Source: an uncultured Acidobacteriota bacterium (lineage in GTDB: Bacteria > Acidobacteriota > Terriglobia > UBA7540). From it: a stretch of DNA of 64,000 nucleotides. The notes under the pieces were generated by a model. It saw nothing but the letters and a program-made list of their open reading frames with translations, searched no databases and was not told where the DNA came from. Made by a program: the position numbers and the translations under genes. The stretch lies in the NCBI GenBank assembly GCA_963804995.1, contig CAWDSK010000005.1, positions 576,001-640,000 on the forward strand. The letters run 5' to 3'. This document shows, one piece after another, positions 18,227-28,856 of the stretch. Position 1 is the first letter of the stretch, and every line of letters begins with the position of its first letter.

Positions 18227-20302
18227 ATGACTTGGAGCCGTCGAAGGTTCAATCGCAATCTCGCGTGCGCGGCCACGGCCGGCTGGGTAGGCGCTTCGCG
18301 CGCGGCCGGCCAGCGGAAGACGGTCTGGTCCATTTCGGCGGAGCGCTTCCCACGAATCGATTATCAGCCGGGAGCGCCGGAGCCGCTGCGCTATGCCGCT
18401 GAGGAACTCGCAACTTACTTGCGAAGAATTCTTGGCCCGGGGAAGCCCGCCCCCGCGCACGGCGGTCCTGCCATAGTGCTCGAACTCGCGGATGATGAGG
18501 GCCTGGGAGACGACGGCTTCGAGCTTGCGTTGCGCGGCGAAACTCTAACCATACGCGGGCACGCGGCCGGCGTGGTCTACGGTGCGTTCGAGTTCCTGCG
18601 CCGGTTCGGTGGCTGTAGTTTTGCCGGGGAGGGGCCGGACTGCGAGTACGTCCCCCGCCGCGAGCAGATCGACGTGGATGTTCCCGTGCTGCGCATGCGG
18701 CCAAAGCTGTGGTACCGCGCCTATCAGTTCTTCTACCCGGAACCGCGTGAGCTTTCTGTACAGCGATTTGACTGGATGGTGCGCAACGGCCTTAATTTTA
18801 TTACCTACAACGCGCGCCCGGACGACGTCCCTGACCACTTCACCGCCGACGATCCCCCCAGTGGCGTGCCCCTGTCCCAAGAGCAGATTTCCTATACCGT
18901 GGGTTGGTTCAACACGAACCTGTTGCCTGAGGCGCTCAAGCGCGGGCTGCAGCTCGACTATAACATCCACAACCTTTACCACTGGCTGCCGCCCTACCGT
19001 TATTTCGACCAGCACCCGGAGTGGTACGCCCTGGTCAACGGTAAACGCGTCGGGGAACTTGGCCAGCAACTCGCCATCTGCACCAGCAACGAGGAGGCCG
19101 TCTCCATGCTGGTCGCGAACGTCAAGCAGTTCCTGCGCGCTAATCCCTACGTAAAGATCGTGGGCGTGATCCCCGAAGACGGCATCGGGATGTGCCAGTG
19201 CGAGCGTTGCGTGCGCGGCGACCTGGACCCCAAGGACGCTTTCCGTCCCTACCTCGGTAACAAGCTCCCCGCAGCCGAGAACAAGAGCAAGAGCCTGCGC
19301 AACGCCCGGCTCGTCAACCATGTGGCGCGCGAGGTTCGCGACGAATTTCCGCACGTTCTGGTTGGCCACGCCGCCTACGTGGACCTCGAATGGCCTCCGG
19401 AGGGTTTGAAACTTGAGCCGAACGTGATCACCTGGTTCGCCATCTACGGGCGCGATGGGGCGCACCCCCTGGCGGCCGACAGCCCGTCACCGACCAACCG
19501 GTTTTTCTTCGACCTTATCCGCAAGTGGCGGCAGGTCCACCCCGGCCATCTTACCGTTTACGAATACTACATGGGCATGGACGCGCAGCGCTCGCTCCCC
19601 TATCCCATGGCCGAAGGGATTTGCCGCGACTGGCCGAACCTGAAACGCATCGGCGTCGAAGGCGCCATCGTCCAGTCCTGGAGTTCCAATCACAATTCGT
19701 ACGGACTGAATAACCTGGCTTTCGCGCGCCTTGGCTGGAACGACCAGGTGGATTTTGAGGGGCTGATGGACGAGTTCCTGCTGGGCATGTTCGGCCGAGC
19801 GGCGAGCGAACTGAAGCCGGTCTTTGTGAGGATGCAGCAGGCCCTCAAGTCCGTGGAGGCCGGCACGGCGGGCGATTCGCTGTATCTATCCACTTACGAT
19901 GTTTCGGATATCACGAAGGGCAGCTTCCTGCCCGATGCCTACAATATCGGATATCTGCTCGAGCAGATCGGCGGGGATTTTCTTGATGGCGCGCTCGGCA
20001 GGGCAAAACAGAAAGCCGCGGACGCCCGGGAACGGCGTCAGGTGGAATACTTCGCCGCCGTGACGGTTTATTGGCGCAAGTCGGCAGAAGCTCTCGGCAT
20101 CGAATTGCGCGCCATGCAGGCCCATAGGAAAGGTGATAAGCCGCGCGCCGCTGAATTGTACCGGCAGGCCCTGGTGAAGGAACAGGAAGCGTCCGACTAT
20201 GCCCGCACCCTGCCTCCGCGTGGCTGGATGTCGGTCACCCTGCCACGCGTCTGGCGCCGCTCCCTGAACGAGTTGAAGGAAAGATTGGCCGAAGTCACTT
20301 AG
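18227..20302 (+). CDS. DUF4838 domain protein (GH20/GH67-like N-terminal domain), Tat-like signal
   Basis: YAAEELATYL, GVVYGAFEFL, YFDQHPEWYALVNGKR and QLAICTSN motifs; AGGAGG RBS. Confidence 0.8.
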   Translation: MTWSRRRFNRNLACAATAGWVGASRAAGQRKTVWSISAERFPRIDYQPGAPEPLRYAAEELATYLRRILGPGKPAPAHGGPAIVLELADDEGLGDDGFELALRGETLTIRGHAAGVVYGAFEFLRRFGGCSFAGEGPDCEYVPRREQIDVDVPVLRMRPKLWYRAYQFFYPEPRELSVQRFDWMVRNGLNFITYNARPDDVPDHFTADDPPSGVPLSQEQISYTVGWFNTNLLPEALKRGLQLDYNIHNLYHWLPPYRYFDQHPEWYALVNGKRVGELGQQLAICTSNEEAVSMLVANVKQFLRANPYVKIVGVIPEDGIGMCQCERCVRGDLDPKDAFRPYLGNKLPAAENKSKSLRNARLVNHVAREVRDEFPHVLVGHAAYVDLEWPPEGLKLEPNVITWFAIYGRDGAHPLAADSPSPTNRFFFDLIRKWRQVHPGHLTVYEYYMGMDAQRSLPYPMAEGICRDWPNLKRIGVEGAIVQSWSSNHNSYGLNNLAFARLGWNDQVDFEGLMDEFLLGMFGRAASELKPVFVRMQQALKSVEAGTAGDSLYLSTYDVSDITKGSFLPDAYNIGYLLEQIGGDFLDGALGRAKQKAADARERRQVEYFAAVTVYWRKSAEALGIELRAMQAHRKGDKPRAAELYRQALVKEQEASDYARTLPPRGWMSVTLPRVWRRSLNELKERLAEVT

Positions 20303-20357
20303 CGGATTTTCCTCCTCAGGTGTGGAAGCACGGAGCGAAGGCAGCGGAGCCGCAAAG

Positions 20358-20501
20358 GAAAGTCAAAAGGCAAAGGGCAAAAGTCAAAAGTAAAAAGTCC
20401 CGACTAGTGGTACCTCTCCGCTGGATCCCACAACCCCCTCCCCCCGGCCCCTCTGTCGCCGCGGCGGGAGAAGGTGCTGAGGTACGAAGCGGATGAGGGG
20501 T
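20358..20501. repeat. Heptamer tandem repeats (AAAGTCA/AAAGGCA) followed by a CCCTC-type REP remnant
   Basis: AAAGTCA AAAGGCA AAGGGCA AAAGTCA AAAGTAA AAAGTCC, between convergent genes. Confidence 0.75.
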
Positions 20502-20646
20502 CTCTTGGATGGAAGTCGCGACATTCAACCCTCGCCCCAAAATGTTTGCTAACCAAACAAGAATTCACGGTATTGCAATGCAGACCGCAAAGGTCCGGGG
20601 GCTCAACTACACCCGCCGCCACAATCCGGCAATCGACACGATGATC

Positions 20647-23600
20647 CTACGGCGCCGTGGCGCACACGTAGCGGCGGCCACCGGCGACGGGTTTGAATTC
20701 GTACCATCCCGGTTTGGGCGAAGTGAAATCTACCTTGCCCAGGTTTTTGCCCTCCGGGTCATAGGCCATCACGCTGCTTACCTTGGGGGCGCGGAAAGCG
20801 ATGCGGTCGTTGCCGTATATATCAATCAATTCCCACAGGCCGTTGCCGGTATGGCGCAGGGCCACACTGCCGGTGGCTCCCAGGTTGCCGTTTTCGGTCC
20901 ACTGCCCGCGTCCATCGAGAAATTCATAGTCCGGCGCTTCGACCGCGTCAATGCGATGCCCGGCGAGGTTGGCCGATTCTTCGCGGAAATGGTTCTTGCC
21001 ATTGATTGCCAGCCATCCGGAAACCGGTAACTCCTGCACCGCGCCGGAGGAGTCAGTGACGGACCAGGCGCCGGCGGACGCACGGTTCACCCAGACTTCG
21101 GTTCCGTTTTCGTACGCCACGTGCAGGTGGCCCACCGCCTGAGCCCCGGTTGCCATCGCCTGGCTGGGGGTAAGGAACTTCCCCGAACCATCGGCGTATT
21201 CGATGGCTCTAGGTTCAGTGAAAGCATATTGCTGTTGTAACTGTTGCATCATGTAGTATGACCGTGCCAGGGCCTCGACATAGAAGGGCTCCGAGGAATC
21301 AAAATCGGTGGCCAGCCATCCCATGTTTCCATAGGCAATGGTCGTGGCCAGGAAAAGGTCAAGATATTCGCGCCTTTTCGGCGAGGTGGTCCAGTCCTTG
21401 TCCAACTGCCCCAGGTAGTAGCCGGTGTCGCCCATGCCGTAATCGCACTCCAGGGGCTGAATCTTCCGCAGCTTGAAGGAAACGTCCAGGGGTTCGGTCA
21501 GCAGGTTTGCCTTGGTGTAAACCCAGCCGTAGCTTCCCGACGTCAATCCCGCGTACATCCACTGGTACGTGCCCTCGGACTGGGTGGGTCCATAGACCTG
21601 CTGATCGTTGCGCAGCAATTGTCCGTAGGCATAAAACGTGGAGGCAAAAGTTCCCGCTCCCGGCACGCGCGCGTCGAAGTCACAATAATCCCACGGCGCA
21701 TTGGCGGTGTGCACGTCGGTGTAAGACATCTTCACGCCGAACTTCTCCTTGATGCGTGGGGCGTAGTAATCATCAAACTCCACCGCCTTGGCGGGCTTCT
21801 CGGCATAGTTGCGCGGCCAGGCGCGGCGCCATTCGCCCTCCGGGGTGCGCTGCACATGGTCCGGGTTCCAGTTTTCGTTGACCGTATTGAAGTCGCAGTA
21901 GTTGGAGTAAACGCCCTGCAGCCACCCCATGTCGTTCTGCGCCTGGATGTACCACTTCAGCATGGCATCGCCGCCCTTTTGCGGCGCCGCGTGGAGCTTC
22001 AGCGTGTTGCTGTCGCCCTCGTCGCGCCAGGTGACCTCGTGGCTATGCTGCATGACTTTGTCCAGACCATAGGCGCGAATACGCTGGCAGCGCTCGTGGT
22101 CGCGGACGAACGAGTCCGGCTCGGTCACGGTCCACACAACCTGCTTGCCCTCCGCCTGCCGAATCGAAGGGGGATTGGCCGGGGTGGGCAGCGTCTCCTC
22201 GTAATTGGGCGAATTGGTAATGAAGATCCTCTCGTAAAGGTTGTTGCGCAAACCGTCGGTCCTGGGCAGATAGCGCATTCCGCCGTTGATCTCCGCGCTA
22301 TCGCCGGTCACCTTCGGGTCGGCGGTGAAATAGGGTGCGGAGGCATTCGAGCGGTACCAATCGAACCAGATGGAGGTGAAGACGGAATGGGCCGCGTCGC
22401 CGGAGATCAGCACGCGCGGGTTGGTCGGTCCATAAGTGATGTAGGGGACGGTAATCAGCCGGGGGTGGGCGACGCCGGCGACATGTCCAAAACTCAGTTC
22501 GGTAGCTTCACCGCCTTCCGACCACGCGTTCGAGCACCAGAGACTTTTGCCACAAGCGCATCTGGTAATCCACTAACCGCGATCCCATACGAAAGCGCGC
22601 CTCGACGGCGTCGTTGGCCAGCGCGGCGGAAACCAGTTCACCCTCCGCCACGCTGCCCGACGCGGTGTCGACGAAGCGGACGCCACCGCCCTCGAGAGGC
22701 ACGAACGGCGCACCCCCATTGACGCGCACCGTCAACTCGCCCAGGCGGCCCCTGGCTGGGCGGTATTCGTAGGCGACCGTGCCATCCCGGCCGTCATAGC
22801 GCAGTTCGAAATGTCCCGGCCCGGCTTGCCGCACCACCACCTTGAAATCCTTTTCGAAATTCACCGGCAGGATTGTTTCCTCGCGCGTGGGGAATGGCAA
22901 CGTTCCCGCCCCGGTGTTGGTTCCCACCACTTCGCCGCGATAGGGTTTGAGATTCCGCTGGGGCTGAGGTTTGAAGGTGAGCGGCTTCAATTCTTCCGTG
23001 TAGAACGCTAACGAGTCACAGAAAAAGTAGCGAGCCTGCGGGTTCGCCGCGTTGCCGATTTCGATGCCGGAAAAGCGGGCCGGCAGGACGATTTGGGCCA
23101 GAATCTCGCGGGGGATGCGGCGATGAATCAGCCACCACTGCTTCCATTGGACGTTGGTGAGCTGAACGCGGAATTCCTTTCCCCGCGCATCCTGCAGCAG
23201 GACGGCAACCTCAGCGGGAGGCGTGGTCGCATCGGGCACCCAACTCCAGCGATTGCCATAGCCCCACAAATCAATCGAGTCGAAACTGCCGGGAATGGGG
23301 ACGGGCTGCGGCGGCCGGGCAATCACGTGGCTTTCCGCGCGCCCGCCGGAATAAACAATCTTGGCCACATACTCGCCCCACAACTGCTGCTCACGGCTGC
23401 GCCGCAATTCTCCCTGCGCACCGTCATGGAGTTCCAGGGTCCAGCCCTTGAGGTCTTGAAAATCCACAAGGGTGTGCGGGTCTTGCTGCCGCTCGGTCCA
23501 GGTGAATTCATAAGGCTGCTGCCCGACTTGCTGCCACGGTTCGATTTCATTGATGGCGGGGACAATATTCTGCTGGGCGAAGAGCCCGGCAGGAAGGAGT

Positions 23601-23653
23601 GCGAGGACGGACAGTATTACGATGAATCTGCGCATGGGTTTTGGAATCCTCAC
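20647..23653 (-). pseudogene. Large (about 1000 aa) secreted glycoside-hydrolase-like protein, single +1 frameshift at about 22529
   Basis: Removing one A from CTCGAACGCG gives LVLDAWSEGGEATELSFGHV...PRVLISGD, joining the 381 and 588 aa ORFs. Signal peptide present; YSNYCDF and YTDVHTA motifs. Confidence 0.7.
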
Positions 23654-25167
23654 TTCTTCTCCGCATCAAGCCTGCCACCGGTCCAACGGATGGCGTCCTG
23701 GACCAGCGTGCGGTAGGCAGGGTAGAGATGCGCTCTCTCGCCGTGGCCAAGTTGGATGTAGACCACGCGGGATTTTTCATAAGGACTGATCCAGGCCACG
23801 GGGCCGTCACTCGTAGGCGCATCGGTGCGGAGCAGCACTTTCACGTCCGGAGAGATCCACATGCCCTTATAGGTTTCGTCCCACAGGTGCATGACTCCCA
23901 CATTGGCCGTGATGGGGTGGCGCATGACGGGTCGAACACAAGCCTCTTGATCGTGCAGGTACGTCGAGGCGGGTGTCGCGCCCTCGGGTTTGAGAAGGTA
24001 CTTGCCGCCTACGACCTCCTTATACCACCAATCCCAATCCTGATAATCGGCAATGGCGTGGTGCAGCACCACGATGCCTTTTCCCGCTTCCACGAAGTCG
24101 CGCAAGTTGGCCTTTTCCCGGTCGCTGATCTCCTGGGTAAAGTCGTAGAGCACCAGCACGTCGTACTTTTTACGGAGGTCATCGCGGAAGGCTTCGTGGT
24201 TGGAGAGGGCGTGCACCCAGCCGAGGTCCTTCGCTCCTTCAAAGACCGTGTAGAAGGTGGTGGCGTATTCGTGCCCGCCCGTGACCACCAGCAAGCGAAG
24301 CGGCGGCGGCGCTTGGCTGGCGAGCGTGCCGGCAGGTGAAAGCGTAACGGCGCCCGTGGCCGCCCATTCCACCCCGCGCCCAAACGTGCTCACATAACCC
24401 GATTCCTGCTGAGCCGACACATCGTGGCCCAGAGCTGAGTAAAGGACGCGGCCCCTGCCGTAGTTAACCGTCCAGATAATAGGCTCATCTTTGCCGGTAC
24501 CGCCATTCGCAGGATCGTCGAATGCCGTGGCCAGGATGTGCACGCCGGGCGCCATCTGCGGACTGTGGTAGAGCTCATCGGAAGTGCGGAAAGACTCTCC
24601 TAAACCCTGAGTGACGGGATGCTCGCGGTCGACGAACTTTATGGTGAAGCAATGGCGCGGAGCGTGCGCGGTCTTGGGCGGTCCCTCCGTCCACCACCCG
24701 CCGATCATCTGCAAATATTCGGGCCAGGGCGGCTGCTTGAGGCCGGAGGGATGGTGGTTGTCCGCCAGGACCTCGATACCCGTGAAGGTGTAGTTGGCGC
24801 CGTGGACCGCTACCAGTCCTTTGCCCTGCTTGACGAAATTCACGACGGCTTTTTCCGTGACTTCTCCCCAGCGCGGGCCCTCGTAGTCCAGCACCAGGAC
24901 ATCGTAAGCTGCGAGCGTCGCCGCCGTCACTCCGGCGGGCTCCTCTTCTACACGCACGTCAAACCGGCCGCTCTCCACCAGGACTTTTCGCAGGAACGGC
25001 GTCGTAGTGCGCCAGTCATGATTGTTGCGGCCGGAAAAAATCAGCACACGGATTTTCCCCGGCTGGAAGAAGGGGATGGTGTCTTGGGCGAACATCGTGG
25101 AAACGACCAAAACAAATGTGGCGCAAAGAGCTATGGCACACGTGGTCCAGAATACTTTTCGATTCAT
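23650..25167 (-). CDS. Tandem ThuA-domain protein
   Basis: Two repeats: SGRNNHDW...DELYH...GRVLYSALGH and VTGGHEY...DETY...RVVYIQLGH. Confidence 0.9.
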   Translation of the reverse strand: MNRKVFWTTCAIALCATFVLVVSTMFAQDTIPFFQPGKIRVLIFSGRNNHDWRTTTPFLRKVLVESGRFDVRVEEEPAGVTAATLAAYDVLVLDYEGPRWGEVTEKAVVNFVKQGKGLVAVHGANYTFTGIEVLADNHHPSGLKQPPWPEYLQMIGGWWTEGPPKTAHAPRHCFTIKFVDREHPVTQGLGESFRTSDELYHSPQMAPGVHILATAFDDPANGGTGKDEPIIWTVNYGRGRVLYSALGHDVSAQQESGYVSTFGRGVEWAATGAVTLSPAGTLASQAPPPLRLLVVTGGHEYATTFYTVFEGAKDLGWVHALSNHEAFRDDLRKKYDVLVLYDFTQEISDREKANLRDFVEAGKGIVVLHHAIADYQDWDWWYKEVVGGKYLLKPEGATPASTYLHDQEACVRPVMRHPITANVGVMHLWDETYKGMWISPDVKVLLRTDAPTSDGPVAWISPYEKSRVVYIQLGHGERAHLYPAYRTLVQDAIRWTGGRLDAEKK

Positions 25168-25244
25168 GATTCACCCTCGCATTGAAGGTTTGGAACTGAT
25201 GTTTGGCGTACCCAGGAACGGTTACTCAGTTCGTGCCTGGGTGA

Positions 25245-25381
25245 CCCCCTCACCACCGGCCCCTCTGTCGCCGCGGCGACCGAGGGGGGGTGATTTGAAT
25301 CCATAGCCCTCGCCCCTTTGGGGGAGAGGGTGGACCGCCGCCGGCGTTCTCATCAGCCGGGGCGGGCCGGGTGAGGGGGTT
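25245..25381. repeat. CCCTCACCC/CCCTCTCCC REP doublet
   Basis: CCCCTCACCACCGG...CCGGGTGAGGGGG; family members at 34946, 35413, 44168 and 62825. Confidence 0.85.
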
Positions 25382-25437
25382 CTAGCGTCGAACAGAGAAC
25401 CGACTTCTAGCCAAAGATTAAGTGAACAGCATTGGGG

Positions 25438-26265
25438 TCAGCCACCCAGCAGCCCGTTGAGATGCTCGAGGCTGCGCGCGGCCTGGGGCTCGGTACCGCA
25501 CTCGACGGAGAGCACGCCGTTGAAGTTCGCGCCCCGCAAGATCGCAATGACGCGTTGCCAATCGATGACGCCATCCCCGCAGGCGCACCCTACTGGTGTC
25601 CCAGTCACCTTGCCGCGTTCCGCGTCCGCGTGCTCAAGAGTTATATCTTTGGCATGGACGTGCACCAGCAAGGCCGAAACAGCCTGCAGTCCCTCGTATG
25701 GGTCGCCGCCCGCCAGGTACACGTTGCCAGTATCGTAATTAACCCGTAAGAGCGGCGAATCCACCAGGCCCACGATCTTCTGTAATCCTTCCGTCGTACG
25801 GGAAATGCTCTGGTGAGGTTCAATGCCGATGAAAATGCCGTAGCGCTCGGCGGTTCGCAGCACCGTCGTGAGCGTGTACTTCATAACCTGAAAGGCTTCC
25901 TCCATGCTCACCCAGGCAGGGCGAATACCCTCATCGGTATTGACGACGGGCGCGCCGATAGCGGCGGCGAGGCGAATGGCCTTCTGCAAATACGGCACGC
26001 TGATTTCCGGCCGCATCAGCGGGCAATGCGCGCTTAAGCCGGAAGCCTTCACCCCGTTTTGATCGAGGATATCCTTCATTTCTCCGGGGTCGTCGTCGAG
26101 GGAGAAGGAGTGAAAATAGCCTGCCTCGCTCAGCAGTTCCCGCCCGTTGTGAACCATCGGCTCCACGTACTTGTAGCCCAGTTTCGCCGCTACCTCCACT
26201 CCGGTGGCAAACGGCTTGTCCTGCGACCGGATGAATTCCATGTTCACGCCGACTGCAATGCTCAT
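25438..26265 (-). CDS. Sugar phosphate isomerase/epimerase family protein
   Basis: IGIEPH, VNYDTGN, HVHAKD and GVLSVEC motifs; start overlaps the oxidoreductase stop. Confidence 0.9.
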   Translation of the reverse strand: MSIAVGVNMEFIRSQDKPFATGVEVAAKLGYKYVEPMVHNGRELLSEAGYFHSFSLDDDPGEMKDILDQNGVKASGLSAHCPLMRPEISVPYLQKAIRLAAAIGAPVVNTDEGIRPAWVSMEEAFQVMKYTLTTVLRTAERYGIFIGIEPHQSISRTTEGLQKIVGLVDSPLLRVNYDTGNVYLAGGDPYEGLQAVSALLVHVHAKDITLEHADAERGKVTGTPVGCACGDGVIDWQRVIAILRGANFNGVLSVECGTEPQAARSLEHLNGLLGG

Positions 26266-27449
26266 AAATCCCACTCCTTCTGCCAGGTCACCCGGCTTCG
26301 CTGTTTGTAGGCAATGTTGCCGATGTGGCAGGCCATCGCGGAATAGTGCCCATTCACCACGTCGGCGTTGGGCTGCTTGCGGCTGCGCACGCAATCCAGC
26401 CAATTGCTCATGTGCGTATCGTTCACTCCGGGCACAGAGACTTCGGGCACTTGCGGATTGCGTTTGCTGGGGATGAATTTGTAGCCGGAGCGGAAGATTG
26501 ACAGCCTACCCCCGGTGCCCAGGAAGACGATGTCCGCGCTGTCCCGGCCGTTCAAATCGGTGAGCGTAGCTTCAAACGTCACGTTGAGCTTCTCAGGGTA
26601 TTCCACGATGAAGTTGACGTTGTCGGGCGTGTCGCGTCCGTCGTCGTAAAGGTAAATCCCTCCGCCGGCCACGGCCGCCAGGGGACGCGTCAGATTCAGG
26701 AACCAGTGAACCACGTCGACCATATGCACGAACAGGCCGCCGGTCTGCCCGCCCGTGGAGAAATCCCAATAGGCGAAGCGGTTGAAATAGCGCTTGGGGT
26801 CCCAGGGGATTTTGGGAAGCCAGCCGAGGCAAGCGTCCCAGTCGAGCCCCGCCGGCTTCTGCTCCATTCCCGGTGGGGGCTGCGTCAAATAACCGCTGTT
26901 GGCGTTCCAGATGGTTCGGACCATGTTGACCGTGCCGATCAGTCCGGTATCGAAATACTTCTGCTTGGCTTCGGCAAAATGGGCCGTGCTGCGCTGCTGC
27001 ACTCCCACTTGCAGAATCCGGTTGTTTTCATGAACGGCCCGCACCAGGGGCGCCCCCTGCTCGGGCAGCGAGGTCATGGGCTTTTCAACGTAAACATCCT
27101 TGCCGGCTTTGCAGGCGTCGATGGATATCTGGGAATGCATGTGATCGAATGTCGCCACGATGACGCCGTCGATGTCCCGGCGATCGAGAAGTTGATGGTA
27201 ATTGGCGTACTTATCGACCTGCGTCTTCGCCACCAGTGCGGCTTGATCCCGCCGGGCGTCGTAGATGTCGGAAATCGCCACCCACTCAATGTTGCCGGCT
27301 TCGTTGGCCCGGGTCATCAGGTATTGCCCACGCTCGCCGGAGCCGATGATGCCGAGCCGGATGCGGTCGTTCGCCCCCCAAACGCGCAGGGCCGCAGCCG
27401 CGGTGGCCGCGCCGACCATAAAAGTTCTTCGGGAAATATGGTTTTTCAC
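26262..27449 (-). CDS. Gfo/Idh/MocA family oxidoreductase, Tat signal
   Basis: SRRTF signal; GIIGSGERG and VYVEKP motifs; GTG start with GGAGG RBS. Confidence 0.9.
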   Translation of the reverse strand: MKNHISRRTFMVGAATAAAALRVWGANDRIRLGIIGSGERGQYLMTRANEAGNIEWVAISDIYDARRDQAALVAKTQVDKYANYHQLLDRRDIDGVIVATFDHMHSQISIDACKAGKDVYVEKPMTSLPEQGAPLVRAVHENNRILQVGVQQRSTAHFAEAKQKYFDTGLIGTVNMVRTIWNANSGYLTQPPPGMEQKPAGLDWDACLGWLPKIPWDPKRYFNRFAYWDFSTGGQTGGLFVHMVDVVHWFLNLTRPLAAVAGGGIYLYDDGRDTPDNVNFIVEYPEKLNVTFEATLTDLNGRDSADIVFLGTGGRLSIFRSGYKFIPSKRNPQVPEVSVPGVNDTHMSNWLDCVRSRKQPNADVVNGHYSAMACHIGNIAYKQRSRVTWQKEWDL

Positions 27450-27636
27450 TTCGATAATCCTCCCTTGTCGGATATAAGGCGCTCCGTTATTACAGAGGCG
27501 GGGCGATGCGGGATCCTTAGCTTGCTTGGCGCTTCCTTCCTGGTCCTCAAGCGGGCAAAAGTATACACCTCGGGCGCCCGCTTGCACGTTTTTCTCCTAG
27601 GGAAGGGAAGTGAGTACCCTTTCCTCTCCGCACCGG

Positions 27637-27760
27637 GTAGCACAGGCACTCCTGCCTGTGAATGTGGCATGAGGTTCGAGCGTCAGGACACAGCCAGGAG
27701 TGGCTGTGCTACAACTAAGGCACTCAATCGCAGAGCGGGGCTCGCTCTGCGCCCGCCACC
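27637..27760 (+). repeat. Composite REP repeat R1 (one of four co-oriented copies)
   Basis: GTAGCACAGGCACTCCTGCCTGTG...CACAGCCAGGAGTGGCTGTGCTAC followed by a CGCAGAGC..GCTCTGCGCC hairpin. Confidence 0.9.
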
Positions 27761-27801
27761 GCTGCGCACGCGCAGCGCCCGCGCCAAAACCAAAACCCTT
27801 G

Positions 27802-28311
27802 CTAATCACCTTTGACGCGGAGACCGAAAGGGCGTGTAGGCCCTTGGGTTTGCGGAGTTGTGAGAGAAATCGTGTAGAGAGCGGTGGACCCTGAGGCGAT
27901 TCCTGTCCCCAGTCCATGCATGACATTGGCAGCCGCATCGAGGTTGGTCAAAGTCTGCGGCGGCCCAAGGCTACCTGAAAGGTTGGATCTGAGGCTGACC
28001 GAAATATCGCCCACATCGTCCTGCGAAACGGAGATTCCAATAGCGTCGTACATTTGCAAGGAGTAGATCGTACTGGGCGGGTTAGTGATCAAGGTGCGGC
28101 CCATCAGCCTCGCTTCGAATGCAATGGGGCACACGAACGCGGCGGGCGGGCCTGGTTGATAAACAAGGGGGCCCGAGGCATAAGCAACCGTCCCCGCCAT
28201 TTCATTCGACGTGAGGCTCACATTCACGGTGACGTACATTGGTGGAGTTAGGTCTCCATATAGCTGGGCCGCGGTTTGGAACAAATCGGAAAAGTAAGTA
28301 AAGTCTCCCAT
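27802..28311 (-). CDS. Hypothetical protein (orphan-like, beta-rich)
   Basis: AAGGAGG RBS; 169 aa ORF between R1 and R2; no recognisable motif. Confidence 0.65.
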   Translation of the reverse strand: MGDFTYFSDLFQTAAQLYGDLTPPMYVTVNVSLTSNEMAGTVAYASGPLVYQPGPPAAFVCPIAFEARLMGRTLITNPPSTIYSLQMYDAIGISVSQDDVGDISVSLRSNLSGSLGPPQTLTNLDAAANVMHGLGTGIASGSTALYTISLTTPQTQGPTRPFGLRVKGD

Positions 28312-28640
28312 TGTAGCTAGCCTCCTTAGAAGAATCGCAGCACACAGCCATCAGGAAATTTAACTAACTTTCTATTTCTCAGTATTGACTCTCTTACACC
28401 TCATGTCAATGGCAGCGCCAAAGGTGGCCAAGTGGCGTCGATGTGGCCCCGTACTCAGCTTTGAGCCTTTCCTTTCTTTTGCGGCTCCCACTCTATGTTT
28501 GTTCCGCGCCCCCCGCCGCTTGCAGCCACAAGCGGCGCGGGGTGCGGATCACGAAAATTATCTGGAACGTCTTGTAACGGCGGGGCTGAAGCCCCGCCCT
28601 TCCGGCAGCCCCCAACACCCTTTAAGCGTGGTGAGAAATC

Positions 28641-28762
28641 GCACAGGCACTCCTGCCTGTGACTGCAGGAATAGGTTCGAGCGTAGGGACACAGCCAGGA
28701 GTGGCTGTGCCATCGCTAGGGCTTACCGGGAAGCGGGCTGGCTCGCCCTGCGCCAGCCACCC
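28641..28762 (+). repeat. Composite REP repeat R2
   Basis: Same core as R1. Confidence 0.9.
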
Positions 28763-28856
28763 GAAAGGACCGAAGTTTCCCCCACCACCGGTTGACACCA
28801 GCGCAGTAGGGCCATAACATTCAAATCACTTGGGGACCCTTACAGGGAGGTGCACT

